Positions 62,201 through 64,000 of a stretch of DNA of 64,000 nucleotides are shown here, piece after piece. Location of the stretch: NCBI RefSeq assembly GCF_046119375.1, contig NW_027362763.1, forward strand, positions 653,976,001 through 654,040,000, read 5' to 3'. Each line of letters starts with the position of its first letter. Within the stretch, counting starts at the first letter, position 1. The DNA comes from Phyllobates terribilis (Eukaryota). The notes beneath the pieces were generated by a model that was not told the origin of the DNA, made no database searches, and worked only from the letters and a program-made list of their open reading frames with translations. Made by a program: the position numbers and the translations under genes.

Positions 62201-64000
62201 CAGTACTGTCTGTATACAGTATATGAGGTAATAATGGTGATATACAGGGTCCAGTACCTGTGTATAGTGATCAGTGCTGTCTGTATACAGGATATGAGAT
62301 AATAATGGTGGTATACATGGTCCAGTACCTGTGTATAGTGATCAGTACTGTCAGTATATAGTATATGAGGTAATAATGGTGATATACAGGGTCCAGTACC
62401 TGTGTATAGTGATCAGTGCTGTCTTTATATAGTATATGAGGCAATAATGGTGGTATACAGGGTCCAGTACCTGTGTACAGCGATCAGTGCTGTCTTTATA
62501 CAGTATATGAGGTAATAATGGTAATATACAGGGTCCAGTACCTGTGTATAGTGATCAGTACAGTCTGTATACAGTATATGAGGTAATAATGGTGATATAC
62601 AGGGTCCAGTACCTGTGTATAGTGATCAGTGCTGTCTGTATACAGTATATGAGGTAATAATGGTGATATACAGGGTCCAGTACCTGTGTATAGTGATCAG
62701 TACTGTCTGTATACAGTATATGAGGTAATAATGGTGGTATACAGGGTCCAGTACCTGTGTATAGTGATCAGTGCTGTCTGTATACAGTATATGAGGTAAT
62801 AATGGTGATATACAGGGTCCAGTACCTGTGTATAGTGATCAGTGCTGTCTGTATATAGTATATCAGGTAATAATGGTGATATACAGGGTCCAGTACCTGT
62901 GTATAGTGATCAGTGCTGTCTGTATAAAGTAGATGAGGTAATAATGGTAATGTACAGGGTCCAGTACCTGTGTATAGTGATCAGTGCTGTTTGTATATTG
63001 GATATGAGGTAATAATGGTGATATACAGCGTCCAGTACATGTGTATAGTGATCAGTGCTGCCTGTATACAGTATATGAGGTAATAAGGGTGATATACAGG
63101 GTCCAGTACCTGTGTATAGTGATCAGTGCTGTCTGTATACAGGATATGAGGTAATAATGGTGGTATACATGGTCCAGTACCTGTGTATAGTGATCAGTAC
63201 TGTCTGTATATAGTATATGAGGTAATAATAGTGATATAAGGGGTCCAGTACCTGTGTATAGTGATCAGTACTGTCTGTATATAGTATATGAGGTAATAAT
63301 GGTGGTATACAGAGTCCAGTACCTGTGTATAGTGATCAGTGCTGTCGGTATACAGTATATGAGATAATAATGGTGATATACAGGGTCCAGTACCTGTGTA
63401 TAGTGATCAGTACTGTCTGTATACAATATATGAGGTAATAATGGTGATATACAGGGTCCAGTACCTGTGTATAGTGATCAGTACTGTCTGTATACAGGAT
63501 ATGAGGAAATAATGGTGGTATACAGTTAAGTACCTGTGTATAGTGATCAGTACTGTCTGTATACAGTATATGAGGTAATAATGGTGATATACAGGGTCCA
63601 GTACCTGTGTATAGTGATCAGTGCTGTCTTTATACAGTATATGAGGTAATAATGGTGGTATACAGGGTCCAGTACCTGTGTATAGTGATCAGTACTGTCT
63701 GTATACAGTATATGAGGTAATAATGGTGGTATACAGGGTCCAGTACCTGTGTATAGTGGTCAGTGCTGTCTGTATACAGTATATGAGGAAATAATGGTGG
63801 TATACAGGGTCCAGTACCTGTGTATAGTGATCAGTACTGTCTGTATACAGTATATGAGGTAATAATGGTGGTATACAGGGTCCAGTACCTGTGTATAGTG
63901 ATCAGTGCTGTCTGTATACAGGATATGAGGTAATAATGGTGATATACAGGGTCCAGTACCTGTGTATAATGATCAGTGCTGTCTATATACAGGATATGAG
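50255..64000. repeat. 71-bp satellite, ~193 copies, continuing beyond the window
   Basis: Unit gtgatcagtactgtctgtatatagtatatgaggtaataatggtgatatacagggtccagtacctgtgtata. The period of 71 was checked at many positions. The ORF track is empty over the array. Confidence 0.99.

Noticed and set aside
50255-64000. Same 71-bp period as the Tc1-derived array
   Set aside because: The monomers share no recognisable sequence similarity, and the Tc1 period is fixed by its own 8-bp microhomology. Treated as coincidence.

Overview
This is eukaryotic, almost entirely repetitive DNA with no convincing host gene. The repeat families suggest an anuran amphibian (inference). The window is a stack of nested transposons plus three satellite arrays. 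From left to right: (i) L2 and L1 LINE tails, a decayed Tc1 and a solo LTR; (ii) a Sleeping-Beauty-like remnant carrying a Tc1 whose last 71 bp of transposase gene have expanded into a 29-copy array; (iii) a same-strand LINE nest, with a Tx1-like element containing a full-length CR1 that itself contains a near-intact L2; (iv) a non-autonomous Helitron with a 67-bp CCAAT-hairpin satellite; (v) a Penelope-like inverted repeat with hammerhead-like motifs; (vi) a 5'-truncated epsilon-like ERV (RNase H-IN-env-3'LTR) stretched from about 3.3 kb to about 21 kb by a 9.7-kb hAT, a Harbinger MITE, a Tc1 and a SCAN-gag Gypsy element; (vii) 13.7 kb of a 71-bp satellite with higher-order duplications. The two most novel-looking signals are a correctly phased U_UUA_AAC -1 slippery heptamer joining CR1 ORF1 to ORF2, and Gypsy LTR ends built from exact 63-bp [PBS + LTR-terminus] modules, including a perfect tRNA-Leu PBS inside the 3' LTR. 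The L2 also carries a 2A/StopGo-like motif. All coordinates were read by eye, and no database searches or alignments were run.
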